A DNA stretch of 64,000 nucleotides from Deltaproteobacteria bacterium TL4 (GCA_051382335.1 JBBCAX010000121.1:1-64000); one strand, 5' to 3'; counted from the stretch's first letter, positions 1 to 9,902 are shown. Translations and numbers: made by a program. The notes: a model not told the origin generated them from the letters alone.

Positions 1-172
1 CTTTTTTCATGGTGGTATCTCCGATTGTGAGTTAGAAAAATACCAAAGATACCACAGTTTTCGTAAATTTATGACTCAATTCTCAAAAAACGAGGGATGA
101 GGCTCGACTATCTGAAAACGGAGGTTAGCACCATATGTTTATTATATGCAACTGAATTCATTTAGGTTAAAC

Positions 173-186
173 CCCGAACACCTATG
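173..186. mobile_element. Isolated terminal inverted repeat of the IS4-like MITE family seen at 62166-62345
   Basis: CCCGAACACCTATG is identical to the right end of the 62166-62345 element. It is followed at once by ATGAACGTCTATA, which matches the right end of the 40068-40257 element. Confidence 0.55.
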
Positions 187-205
187 ATGAACGTCTATAT
201 TCAAA

Positions 206-290
206 GTAGGATGTGTTAGCCGGTAGGCGTAACGCATCAATAAACCCGCCTCTGCCTGAGGCGTTACGCTCGCAAGCTCGCTAATCCTAC
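206..290. repeat. REP-like inverted doublet (REPIN-like), family A
   Basis: GTAGGATGTGTTAGCCGGTAGGCGTAACGCATC (206-238) and a degenerate inverted copy ending CGCTAATCCTAC (258-290). GTAG tetranucleotide followed by a palindrome. Confidence 0.7.
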
Positions 291-612
291 CCTGTGTCCC
301 TGCTTAATTGAGTAGCCTGGGGGAGGGCTTCGATAGCCTCCCAAAACACTAAAACATAATTGATATTTTAATATTTTTAAATCAGAAAACAACATTAGTT
401 TTTAAAAATTCTGATAATTCAGTTAAAACGAAGTTATGACCTCAAAATTCCTTGCTTTTGCCCCTTATATTTTTTAGAAGAAGGAATGAGTCCTATCCTT
501 CTCTGCACCCAATATTTACAATTATTTGTGCCAAAAACTAAAAAATTCATATTCAGCTTGCAGCCCCGATCCTGAGAAAAACACCCAATGTATAGAAGAA
601 AGGAACGTGAAC

Positions 613-1578
613 ATGGCAAAATTTAATGAAATGGTAAAAGCCTTTCGGGAATCGGTAGGTCAGAGCCACGAAGGAATTGCGCTATTATTGCAAATAAGCC
701 CGGAGGAATATCGGGCACTAGAAGCCAACTGGATTCCCCCTGATGAGCTATTAAAAGGGATTTGTGCGCTATTCGAATGGAACTATAACGAAATCAGTCG
801 ATTGGTGAGTAATACGCCTGAAGCTTCAACGCCCCAGCAGCGAGTGGTTAGAACAGCGCCTTCAACACCGTCCACTTTCAATGAAATGCTAATAAATGCC
901 CGTATGGAAGCTAAGCAAACGGCTGAAGGGGTGGCCTTACTTTTAGATATTCCTCTCAATCTCTATCATTCCTATGAAGAAACCTCTATTCCGTCAGATG
1001 AGTTACTACGAAAAATATGCGCCCTTTTTGGCTGGAATTATCGTCAAATCCGACAAATGCTGATCAATCAGACCACGCCCAAAATAGCACCTGTTCAATC
1101 TTTACTTGCTTTGCAAGAAACCCAATCCAAGCGCCCTAAACCTGAAATTTTTCAACCTCTTAAAACGACAGCTATCAAAGAAACTTTAGCCAGCCGCCTT
1201 TCTAAGGCACGAAATATGATTGGGCAGTCTGCTGAGGCCATAGCGCTGTTACTCAATATTGAATTGGAGGAGTACTTAGCTGTTGAAGAAGGAAGGCAAA
1301 TTCCTAATCTTGATTTACTTAAGAGAATTGCCGCCTTGTTTGCATGGAATTACAAAGACTTACAACTATTGATTCAAAATAAAGGGGCGTCTCAATTTCA
1401 ACCTGTTAAATTTTCACTTCAACCCAATCAGCAACAACAAAGCCAAACCAAGTTAAAAGAGATCTGTCAAGAAATTGAACAACTCTGGTTTGGAATTCCT
1501 GATGATCAACAGAAAATGTTATTGATGCAACTGGAAATGATCCGAGATCGGATGAAACAACTCAAAGCACTCCAGTAA
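613..1578 (+). CDS. Protein with three tandem XRE/Cro-C1-like helix-turn-helix domains
   Basis: Three repeats of Q[ST]xEx[IV]ALLLxIxxxxYxxxE...IPxxxLLxxIxALFxWNY. ATG at 613 follows AAGGA (the ORF track starts at 526). Confidence 0.75.
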   Translation: MAKFNEMVKAFRESVGQSHEGIALLLQISPEEYRALEANWIPPDELLKGICALFEWNYNEISRLVSNTPEASTPQQRVVRTAPSTPSTFNEMLINARMEAKQTAEGVALLLDIPLNLYHSYEETSIPSDELLRKICALFGWNYRQIRQMLINQTTPKIAPVQSLLALQETQSKRPKPEIFQPLKTTAIKETLASRLSKARNMIGQSAEAIALLLNIELEEYLAVEEGRQIPNLDLLKRIAALFAWNYKDLQLLIQNKGASQFQPVKFSLQPNQQQQSQTKLKEICQEIEQLWFGIPDDQQKMLLMQLEMIRDRMKQLKALQ

Positions 1579-1949
1579 TTCCGCTTATCGTTCAAACTTC
1601 TATTAAACGCCTTGAATTGCCGATCTCCGTTCTTCCTCCGTTGACTCGTCATACCCTCTTTTCCGCAATACAAGGAACTCTTTACGCCAACACTCAAGAA
1701 CAGCCTTCCGCTTACGAAGAACACCTGCGGCTGTCAGGAACTGAAGCGATTCCGTTAAGCGTGCCTTTCTTTTTAAGGGAAGTAATACGTCATTCGGGAT
1801 TTGGGTAACAAGGCAATTTGGAAATGGACGGGGTTATCGTGATTACCTTCCGGGAGAAATAGATTTTGTCAGTGAACAACGTCGAAAAATTCCTCAACCT
1901 AATAATCAGGTTCTAGATGTTTGGCATAACCCATAACAAAAAACTACTG

Positions 1950-2015
1950 AAATTTCGAGCTGTACAGGTGGTTTAAAAATTAACCACGAAAAACACGAAA
2001 TAAATGATTTTTTAA
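1950..2015. repeat. 66-bp dispersed repeat (ACCACGAAAAACACGAAA core); inverted copy at 23040-23105
   Basis: Direct comparison of the two copies shows 3 mismatches in 66 nt. Confidence 0.8.
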
Positions 2016-2037
2016 CGTGAGTTCGGGAAGTGCTTAT

Positions 2038-2760
2038 TCACACGGATTTTGAATAGTCTTCAAACGGAACCCAGCCCTTATTAATCAATAACTGTGCAGG
2101 ATGATAATTCGATTTATAATTCATTTTAGACGAATCTTCGACCCAGTACCCCAAGTAAAGCCAAGGCAAGCCTTGTTGCTTTCCATAATTTATTTCATAG
2201 AGGAGCGAAAAGACGCCTAACCGTCGTTGGGCGTATTGCGGATCAAAAATGAAATACACCGAACTGATAATGTGAGGAAGCAAGTCCACCCAGCTAATGC
2301 CAACGAGTTTCTTCCCCAAATAGTAGTAAATCATTTCGGTTAGCACAGGACTTTCCAGCAGGAAACTACGGTATTCCCATTCACTGGGAGCTTCCTTGGC
2401 GTGATGCCATTGTGTTTGATATTTTTGATAAAGTTGAAAACCTTCCCTCGTGAACTCAAGTCCTCGATGTTCTGTACGTAAGTCACGGTTTTTTTTCAAG
2501 GTCCGTTTCTGATCATTGCTGTAAGAAAAGGCTTTGGTATTGAGGCGAATAGGAATACAGCGTTGGCAGGCCTCACAAATGGGATGGTAGACGGCATAAC
2601 CACTACGACGAAAACCTTGGTTCAAGAGCGCTTCGTAAACATCATGGGTCAAATGTTCCGTTGTGAATGACAAATTCTCCCATATTCCCTCTTTACGGTA
2701 AGGACAAGCGCCATTATTCGTATGATAAAATTGAAATCCAGGACTGTTATGCATCGACAT
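2038..2760 (-). CDS. bpt: Aspartate/glutamate leucyltransferase / arginyl-tRNA-protein transferase (Bpt/Ate, N-degron pathway)
   Basis: Motifs CPY, GFRRSG, CxxCxxCIPIR, SSVYFIFDP, YLGYWV, KMNYK. Confidence 0.9.
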   Translation of the reverse strand: MSMHNSPGFQFYHTNNGACPYRKEGIWENLSFTTEHLTHDVYEALLNQGFRRSGYAVYHPICEACQRCIPIRLNTKAFSYSNDQKRTLKKNRDLRTEHRGLEFTREGFQLYQKYQTQWHHAKEAPSEWEYRSFLLESPVLTEMIYYYLGKKLVGISWVDLLPHIISSVYFIFDPQYAQRRLGVFSLLYEINYGKQQGLPWLYLGYWVEDSSKMNYKSNYHPAQLLINKGWVPFEDYSKSV

Positions 2761-3001
2761 TTTTTACTCTGAGACACTCTGGTTGATATAATAAATGATA
2801 ACCATCTATTGAAGAGCGTGAGGATCTCAGATTTACACCAATCAAGACCAGCAAGACGAAACGCCTCCCCATCCTGCCTCTCTTAACCGTAAGGGCACTT
2901 CACAACCACTGGGAACTCCTCTTTGAACCAGAAAAATCCTATAGGATTCTGTTCTAATGACGTCAGCAGATGCTCTCCGAGTTATCAGAATTTCAGAAAT
3001 C

Positions 3002-4018
3002 CTAGTTGGCTATAGTCGATTGTGATTGTGCTGTATGTTCATGTTGCGGTAATCCTGTAGCAATGACCGTAACCGTGACCTGGTCATCCATTGAATCCAC
3101 CATTGTAGCACCAAAAATGAGATTGACATCATCGTCTGCTAATTCTTCAATCTTGCTAACGGCTTCATGAATTTCCAACAATGCCATATTCTGGGAGCCC
3201 ATAACATGAACTAAAATCCCCTTTGCTCCTCGGATATCCGTATCTTCCATCAACGGACTATTCACCGCATTGAAAGCAGCACGTGACATGCGGTCTTCCC
3301 CAGAGGCGGTTCCTTTTCCAATGACGGCTTTTCCCCTTCCTTCCATAATTGTTTGAACATCCGCGAAATCTACATTGATGACTCCAACATTGTAAATTAA
3401 GTCGGTAATTCCCTGGATCGCATTCATCAATACTTCATCGGCAAGGTGAAATGCGTCCAATAAACTAGTACTTTGTGTGGTCGCGTCTAAAAGTCGGTCA
3501 TTCGGAATCACAAGTAAGGTATCCGTATGAGCACGAAGTTTTTCAATGCCTTTCAAAGCGATCTTCATGCGTTTACGCCCTTCAAACGAAAAAGGTGTCG
3601 TGACCACTCCGACAGTTAACACGCCTTTCTTTCTTGAGGCTTCCGCTATGATAGGCGCAGCTCCCGTCCCTGTGCCGCCGCCCATTCCGGCTGCGATAAA
3701 TACCATGTGAGCGCCTTCAAGATATGCCTCTATTTCCTTGAGACTTTCTTGAGCCGAATTTTCCCCGATATCAGGACGCGCTCCCGCGCCTAAACCTCGA
3801 GTGAGTTGTCGTCCCAACTCAATCTTTACATCTGCCTTGGCGCGTGCTAAAGCTTTCATGTCCGTGTTACAGGCTATGTATTCAACATGCTTCACACCCA
3901 CGGTCACCATTTTTGAGACGACATTCCCTCCGCCTCCTCCAACGCCAATGACTTTAATTTTTGGTACAAAATGTTCATGGGTTGCAATAAATGCGTTCCC
4001 GATTTGGTCTTCTTTCAT
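3002..4018 (-). CDS. ftsZ: Cell division GTPase FtsZ, short form lacking the C-terminal linker and core peptide
   Basis: IKVIGVGGGGGN, GAGA, AGMGGGTGTG tubulin signature, PFSFEG, T7 loop INVDFADV, VTVIATG. ATG 4018 preferred; TTG 4027 is possible. Confidence 0.92.
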   Translation of the reverse strand: MKEDQIGNAFIATHEHFVPKIKVIGVGGGGGNVVSKMVTVGVKHVEYIACNTDMKALARAKADVKIELGRQLTRGLGAGARPDIGENSAQESLKEIEAYLEGAHMVFIAAGMGGGTGTGAAPIIAEASRKKGVLTVGVVTTPFSFEGRKRMKIALKGIEKLRAHTDTLLVIPNDRLLDATTQSTSLLDAFHLADEVLMNAIQGITDLIYNVGVINVDFADVQTIMEGRGKAVIGKGTASGEDRMSRAAFNAVNSPLMEDTDIRGAKGILVHVMGSQNMALLEIHEAVSKIEELADDDVNLIFGATMVDSMDDQVTVTVIATGLPQHEHTAQSQSTIAN

Positions 4019-4570
4019 TTCCACCAACCTTAGAATCCAGGTCTCCTGTTGATATTCAAGGAAAATCTGTTTAGTGATAGTTCACTTTAATGTTCCCCTT
4101 TAGCCCTACTTAGCGTATTCCGGGAACGAGTTCAAGTGCTGTGTTACATTGAGCTCAACATTATATGGGATAAATCAAATAGTCAAACATTTCACTTGTG
4201 TTTGTCTCGATATTTGTTACTTTTCAGCACTCAATTTACTTTTCCGAATTCAGATGAGCAATGGGGAAGCAAAGCGGTACTCATCAAAGAGCACAGAAAA
4301 CTTGATTCTTCTTTTGTGTTACACGTTTTGATGGGGGGACAACTTCCACGGAGCTGTTTCGTCCTGAGTGTGAAATTTCATTTAGCGAAGTCGAACTAGT
4401 CAGGTCTTAATAAGAAATTCATATTTTTTCAACTGAATTTTGATAAACACTAATGGTTTTAGTTGAGTCTGTTGCCTCTCAAAACAAAGACACCCATTCA
4501 CAGAAAAACCCTGCTCTCACGAATAGGGGTTTCAACCTAAGACCAGCCTTTAACCCTTCTTGGAGTATTC

Positions 4571-6253
4571 ATGAGTTTTCAGGAGTTAGAGTTATCTCCA
4601 GAAGTACTGAAAGCCTTGGCGGAAATGGAGTTTGATACGCCAAGCCCCATTCAAAAAAAAGTCATCCCTGTTCAGATGCGGGGTGGAGATGTTATTGGAC
4701 AAGCACAGACAGGCACAGGGAAGACTGCCGCTTTTGCCATTCCCTTGATTGAACAAATCGCTCTGGCGTCACGTTCCAGTGAGCGGTCCATTTGTTCCGC
4801 GTTGATTCTAACGCCCACCCGTGAACTGGCATCACAGGTGACGGGAGAAATTCAAAGATTAGCCAAGTTCCATAAAATCAACGTTGTTCCGATTTATGGA
4901 GGAACGCCTATCGAACCTCAAATTCGCGCGTTACGCCGCTGCCCTGATATTGTGGTTGCGACACCGGGGCGCGCGTTGGATCATGTCGCCAGAAAAACCT
5001 TGGATTTATCCGGGGTACAAAGCTTGATACTGGACGAGGCGGATGAAATGTTGGATATGGGATTTATTGAAGATATCCTGAAATTAATAGCCCACCTGCC
5101 AGCAAATAGACAAATGCTCCTTTTTTCTGCAACGATGCCTCTTGAAATACGTAAGATGGCAGAACAGTACATGAACAATCCGACAACCATTTCCGTTTCA
5201 AGCGATGAACTGATTGTTCCTAAAATTCACCAAACCTTTTATCAGCTTGAAGATGGCGAGCGTTTTGACGGACTGTGTCGCATTCTCGATTTTCACCAAC
5301 CTGAAATGACCATCGTTTTCTGTCAAACCAAACGGGAAGTGGATGACCTGCATCGCAGACTGATGGAACGGCATTATGTGGCAGAAGCCCTGCATGGGGA
5401 TTTTAGCCAATACCAGCGGGATTTGGTCATGCAAAAGTTCAGAACCAATGAAATCGATGTCTTGATCGCAACAGATTTGGCGGCAAGAGGGATTGATGTA
5501 TCCAATGTAGAGCTGGTTGTGAATTACAATGTCCCTCCAAACCCGGAAACCTATGTTCATCGCATTGGAAGAACCGGACGTGCGGGAAGAAGTGGACTGG
5601 CCGTGACACTGGTCGCTGAAAACGAAGTTAAACCGTTTTTCGCAGTTCAAAAACTCATCAAAGCCAATCATAAACTGCAAGATCTCCCTTTGAATCAAGA
5701 ATTGGAGTCTATCAGAAAAGCCTTGCTGGAAAAGAGAGTTACCACTTATTTGAGTAAAGAAGAGTGCGTGGATTTTGTAGAAATGGCGGCACAGTTGCTG
5801 GAAAAATCTTCACCCATTGAACTCTTGGCCTCTACGTTGAAGTTGGCGTATGACACCTCCTCACCTCAGTTGAGTGTTGATCGAAAACATGAGTTGAATG
5901 CAGAAAATACTGGCGCTGAACGGGGAATGGTGCGGTTTTTCTTGAATGCCGGACGCAACATGCAAATCTCTGCGGGGGACATTGTCCGTTCGATTACTCG
6001 TAAAACTCGGATTCCAGGCAATGAGATTGGCAAAATCTTGATGCAGGAGGAATTTTCATTTATTGAAGTCCCCGAATCATGGGGCGAGCATTTACTTGAA
6101 ACCTTGCCTACTATTATAATTCGTGATACAGAAGTCGTGATCAAACCGGCTCGATCCCGTAGTAAAATCACACGATTTGATTATAAAGGTGATAAAAAAA
6201 GTCGTTCTCCGGAATCGTCTTTTGCTTCACAACGCCGATTCTCTCATGGGTAA
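4571..6253 (+). CDS. deaD: DEAD-box RNA helicase (DeaD/CsdA type) with C-terminal DbpA-like RNA-binding domain
   Basis: Q motif, AQTGTGKT, PTRELA, TPGR, DEAD, SAT, ARGID, HRIGRTGRAG. C-terminal RFFLNAGR...GDIV...IGKI...FSFIEVP. Confidence 0.88.
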   Translation: MSFQELELSPEVLKALAEMEFDTPSPIQKKVIPVQMRGGDVIGQAQTGTGKTAAFAIPLIEQIALASRSSERSICSALILTPTRELASQVTGEIQRLAKFHKINVVPIYGGTPIEPQIRALRRCPDIVVATPGRALDHVARKTLDLSGVQSLILDEADEMLDMGFIEDILKLIAHLPANRQMLLFSATMPLEIRKMAEQYMNNPTTISVSSDELIVPKIHQTFYQLEDGERFDGLCRILDFHQPEMTIVFCQTKREVDDLHRRLMERHYVAEALHGDFSQYQRDLVMQKFRTNEIDVLIATDLAARGIDVSNVELVVNYNVPPNPETYVHRIGRTGRAGRSGLAVTLVAENEVKPFFAVQKLIKANHKLQDLPLNQELESIRKALLEKRVTTYLSKEECVDFVEMAAQLLEKSSPIELLASTLKLAYDTSSPQLSVDRKHELNAENTGAERGMVRFFLNAGRNMQISAGDIVRSITRKTRIPGNEIGKILMQEEFSFIEVPESWGEHLLETLPTIIIRDTEVVIKPARSRSKITRFDYKGDKKSRSPESSFASQRRFSHG

Positions 6254-6297
6254 GTTACAAGCCTTGAGTCAACGATCCAACATTGGAAGGAGTCCTT

Positions 6298-6450
6298 ATG
6301 TTACCTAAAGAAGTCTTCTATTTTTTTATTATTCCTTGGATCATACTGATTGCAAGTGTGCCAGGACTTGTTCTTACAACGTTGGTTGCCGGTATGGGCG
6401 CGCAGTTGTTGAATTTTTTTGAAAAAGACCAAACCAAAGAGAGACAGTAA
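6298..6450 (+). CDS. Small (50 aa) membrane protein, absent from the ORF track
   Basis: SD GGAAGGAG 5 nt before ATG. Product MLPKEVFYFFIIPWIILIASVPGLVLTTLVAGMGAQLLNFFEKDQTKERQ. Confidence 0.6.
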   Translation: MLPKEVFYFFIIPWIILIASVPGLVLTTLVAGMGAQLLNFFEKDQTKERQ

Positions 6451-6582
6451 TAGACTTCAGGCATTCGTTGATACCATCAGTGTTCTTAAAATGAGAACGG
6501 AACTGGATCGTTTTGAGACTCGATGGTTCACAGTGATTCCGAAAAGACGTTCTCAGCCTACTTCCCATCTTATATGACCCTC

Positions 6583-7776
6583 ATGACTCAATTCATTGTT
6601 CGATATTCAGAAATCGGTATTAAAGGAAAAAACCGAAAGTTATTTGAAAAATGTTTACAAAACAACATTAGAACTCATTTAAAACCGTATGGTCTCCAAA
6701 AGGTAGCCAGACTCCGAGGTCGCCTGGTTGTTCAGATGGAGGGCAATGATGAGCTTGCGCTTAAAATTTTAAAACGAATCCCCGGAATTGCGAATATTAG
6801 TCCTGGTTTCTATACGGATCTGTCGATGAAAAGCCTTATCGCCCAAAGTCAACAGTTGGTTCAAAATCAGTTAACCTTGTTCGGACAGGAATCCATTCCT
6901 TTCAGAGTTACGGCGCACCGGACGAATAAACGGTTTTCGATGACTTCCGCAGACATTCAAATTCAGCTGGGAGCGGAGCTGTTAACTCTTTTTCCTCAAT
7001 TGAAAGTCAACTTAAGTCAGCCTTTGCTTGATGTTGGTGTCGAAATCTGGGATTCCAACGGGATTGTCTATGTGGCCAAACATAGGGGCATTGGGGGGTT
7101 GCCCGTAAATCCACGTCAAAAAGTGATTTCTTTAATCAGCGGAGGAATTGACAGCCCCGTAGCCAGTTGGATGATTATGAAACGGGGATGCCAGGTCGTG
7201 TATCTGCATTTTCACAGTTTCCCTTTCATCGGAGAGCAAAGTAAAGAAAAAGTTTTGGATTTGGTTCGTTTACTGGCACATACTCAACCTTACAGCAAAG
7301 TGTATATTGCGCCATTTGCCGAGCTACAGAAAGCGATCAGAGATCAATGTCCTGAACCCTTCCGTACTCTTTTATACAGACGCGCAATGAACTTGATCGC
7401 GAATCAGATTGCTGAACTCGAGCAGGCGAAAGCGCTAATTACAGGGGATTGCCTTTCTCAAGTCGCAAGTCAGACCCTCCATAACCTTGTTAACACCACA
7501 GAAAACGCGACAATTCCCATACTGCGTCCCCTGATAGGTATGGATAAAAATGAGATTGTACTCCTTGCCCGTCACATAGGAACCTACGATCTCAGTATTC
7601 AGAATTTTCCCGATTGTTGCACTGTTTTTCAACCCCAGGCTCCTGCAACTAATGCTCGTCTTACTGATTTGTTAAAGGCCGAAGAGAAGTTGGAGAATTT
7701 AGACACGCTGGTGAGTCAATCGGTTGAACAGTGTGAGGTCTATAACTTCTCTTGTTCAGACGCCACGATGCTTTGA
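6583..7776 (+). CDS. thiI: tRNA uracil 4-sulfurtransferase ThiI (short form without rhodanese domain)
   Basis: IVRYSEIGIKGKNR, THUMP region, GGLP, PP-loop SGGIDS, QVASQT, RPLIGMDK, DCC. Start moved to ATG 6583. Confidence 0.92.
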   Translation: MTQFIVRYSEIGIKGKNRKLFEKCLQNNIRTHLKPYGLQKVARLRGRLVVQMEGNDELALKILKRIPGIANISPGFYTDLSMKSLIAQSQQLVQNQLTLFGQESIPFRVTAHRTNKRFSMTSADIQIQLGAELLTLFPQLKVNLSQPLLDVGVEIWDSNGIVYVAKHRGIGGLPVNPRQKVISLISGGIDSPVASWMIMKRGCQVVYLHFHSFPFIGEQSKEKVLDLVRLLAHTQPYSKVYIAPFAELQKAIRDQCPEPFRTLLYRRAMNLIANQIAELEQAKALITGDCLSQVASQTLHNLVNTTENATIPILRPLIGMDKNEIVLLARHIGTYDLSIQNFPDCCTVFQPQAPATNARLTDLLKAEEKLENLDTLVSQSVEQCEVYNFSCSDATML

Positions 7777-7831
7777 TGAGAGTGTTTCAGTTTCGAACAA
7801 CACACGTTCATTTCCACAAAAATTCCAATAA

Positions 7832-7907
7832 GGAGTGCCGAAGCTTGCTTTGGCCAAAACCAAAGAAAAGCTTTCGCTTTTTTGGCAAAAGCAAGCTTTG
7901 GCACTCC
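7832..7907. repeat. REP-like inverted doublet, family F (second copy 40137-40214)
   Basis: GGAGTGCCGAAGCTTGCTTTGGCCAAAA ... TTTTGGCAAAAGCAAGCTTTGGCACTCC. Confidence 0.75.
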
Positions 7908-7981
7908 ACATTACATTCCACACGGAAATAAGGACATGGTTCATTTAACAGATCCTCAGGGAACACTTTCGGGCTATTCAC

Positions 7982-8094
7982 CTAGGCGGCTGTCCGAGAA
8001 TGGGTTGTAGAGTGCGCTTAAGCGAAGCGGGCGCACCAGAAAGCTGTGCTCCCCTTATTTGTGGTGCGTTCGCTTCGCTTAAGCGGCACCCTAC
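7982..8094. repeat. IS-end-like motif (CTAGGCGGCTGTCCGAGAAT) followed by REP doublet family B (8007-8094)
   Basis: GTAGAGTGCGCTTAAGCGAAGCGGGCGCACC and inverted GGTGCGTTCGCTTCGCTTAAGCGGCACCCTAC. Related arrangement at 44056-44168. Confidence 0.75.
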
Positions 8095-8115
8095 TTGGTA
8101 TCTGCTGAATTTCTC

Positions 8116-9105
8116 TCAGAAAGCATTTTTTTTGCTATTTTGAAGTTGGGACTTGGAACTCACAGAACGTTGGAGGAGTTTGACGGTTTCCTTGAAACGG
8201 TAGTTAATGGTGTTGAGAATAACCCCTGTTCCTGCCATTCCAAACCCTAAAATCATACAACCTGTTGATAAAATCGCGGTTGGCACTTTGTTGACATACA
8301 GGTCTTCCAAATAGTCCGCAATGACTTCAACCCCAAAGAAAATACCAAGCAGGGAAAATAATAAGCCCAATCCGCCAAAAAATGTTAACGGTTTATAGGC
8401 TCTGGCAATGCGGAGGATTTCAGACAGTACCCGGTATCCATCTCGAAACGTGTGAAGTTTTGAAAAAGATCCCTCGGGTCTTTCTTTATAGGGAACAGGA
8501 ACTTCATGAATGACATAACCATAATCCAAGGTCCGGATACTCAACTCAGTCTCCACTTCAAAACCTGAAGAAAGAATGGGGACGCATTCAACCAGCTCTC
8601 GTGTGAATCCACGATAGCCGGACATGATGTCTTTTAATTGGCTATGAAAGATCCAATTGACTATTGACCGGACCAAGTTGTTTCCAAACACATGAAGGGG
8701 GCGGAATGAATCTTTTTTATACTCGCTCAAACGAGTCGCAACCGTCATATCCGCGGCTCCCTTCCACAAAGGCGTTAGCAATTGTTCCACATGTGCGGCA
8801 GAATAGGTATCATCTCCATCCACCATAATATAATAATCCGCGTCAATTTTACGAAACATGGATGCGATGACATAGCCTTTGCCTCGGCGGAGCTCGGAAT
8901 ATACTGTGGCTCCCAGGCTGTGGGCGATTTTGACACTGTTATCAGTACTGCCATTGTCAAACACTATAATTTCAGCATCCGGTAAATAGTGTTGAAAATC
9001 CAGGATCACTTTTCCAAGGGTGATTTGTTCATTCAAACAAGGGATCAACACCACTACTTTCCCATGAGACAGGGTACGGACCCCTTCAGATGAACTTGTT
9101 TCCAT
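8116..9105 (-). CDS. Glycosyltransferase family 2 (DPM1/ArnC-like) with two C-terminal TM helices
   Basis: LIPCLNE, DNGSTD, GKG, MVDGDDTY, DIMSGYR, GFEVETE. Confidence 0.88.
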   Translation of the reverse strand: METSSSEGVRTLSHGKVVVLIPCLNEQITLGKVILDFQHYLPDAEIIVFDNGSTDNSVKIAHSLGATVYSELRRGKGYVIASMFRKIDADYYIMVDGDDTYSAAHVEQLLTPLWKGAADMTVATRLSEYKKDSFRPLHVFGNNLVRSIVNWIFHSQLKDIMSGYRGFTRELVECVPILSSGFEVETELSIRTLDYGYVIHEVPVPYKERPEGSFSKLHTFRDGYRVLSEILRIARAYKPLTFFGGLGLLFSLLGIFFGVEVIADYLEDLYVNKVPTAILSTGCMILGFGMAGTGVILNTINYRFKETVKLLQRSVSSKSQLQNSKKNAF

Positions 9106-9124
9106 ACGGTACTCCTTCTATGTG

Positions 9125-9847
9125 TTAACGTTTGCCATATTTTTTTTTCAAAGCGTTGAGTTCTTTTTCAATATCACTATTGAGGGGCTGCTTTTTTGTT
9201 TGAGCACGGGTTTCGCTTTGTGTTGATGAGTTTTTATGACTGTATTGTTTTTTAAGGCGATTCAATTCTTCTTCAATGTCATCCAGCGGCGAATGATAGT
9301 GTGCTTCGTCCGTTTGGAAAGGAGAAGCACTTCCTTTGCCATCAGGTTCCTCATTCCACGCCTCCATAAAATTTTTAAAAATTCGACGGGCCCAGTCAAC
9401 CAACATTTCCAAGGGGTCTTTAAAACTTAAACCAAAACGCTGTAACAGTTGTTCCACGTCACTCAACAGCTCTTCCAGGGAGACCTCCGGTTCCTTCTGT
9501 GAAAAGGAGGAGGACTCCTGGGCCTTCGTATTTTTAGATTGAGTTTTTGTCTGTGAGGAATAGCTTGTGCTGGCTTTAGTTTTTTGTTGCGCGTGACTCT
9601 GCTGATGTTGAAACTGATGTTTCACGTCATAGGCGCGTCGAAGTTTGTCATCAATCAAGGTTTCATAGGCTTGAGTCAAGAGAATAAACCTTTTTTGACG
9701 CTGTTGCTTCTCGCTGGAGTCTGTCCCCTGATAGAGATCAGGATGGTATTTCTTGGCCTCGGTACGGAACGCTTTTCGAATTTCCTGAACGGTTGCTTGG
9801 GGCGCAATATTTAATAACTGGTAATAATCCTGCATCACTGTTTTCAC
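9125..9847 (-). CDS. J-domain (DnaJ-like, class III) protein
   Basis: DYYQLL...IRKAFR..AKKYHPD...AYETL.D...RRAYD. Confidence 0.85.
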   Translation of the reverse strand: MKTVMQDYYQLLNIAPQATVQEIRKAFRTEAKKYHPDLYQGTDSSEKQQRQKRFILLTQAYETLIDDKLRRAYDVKHQFQHQQSHAQQKTKASTSYSSQTKTQSKNTKAQESSSFSQKEPEVSLEELLSDVEQLLQRFGLSFKDPLEMLVDWARRIFKNFMEAWNEEPDGKGSASPFQTDEAHYHSPLDDIEEELNRLKKQYSHKNSSTQSETRAQTKKQPLNSDIEKELNALKKKYGKR

Positions 9848-9902
9848 TTAAAGTAATTGATACGACTCATTCTTTTTCAAACACCTGAAAGATAAGGCTG
9901 CT

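Noticed and set aside
1595..1940. Possible ncRNA (tmRNA/RNase P/6S) or small ORF 1617-1808
   Set aside because: No tRNA-like ends or RNase P consensus motifs. The ORF has a TTG start without SD and no recognisable motif.
4136..4399. Short ORFs between ftsZ and deaD
   Set aside because: No SD or family features; probably a divergent promoter/UTR region.
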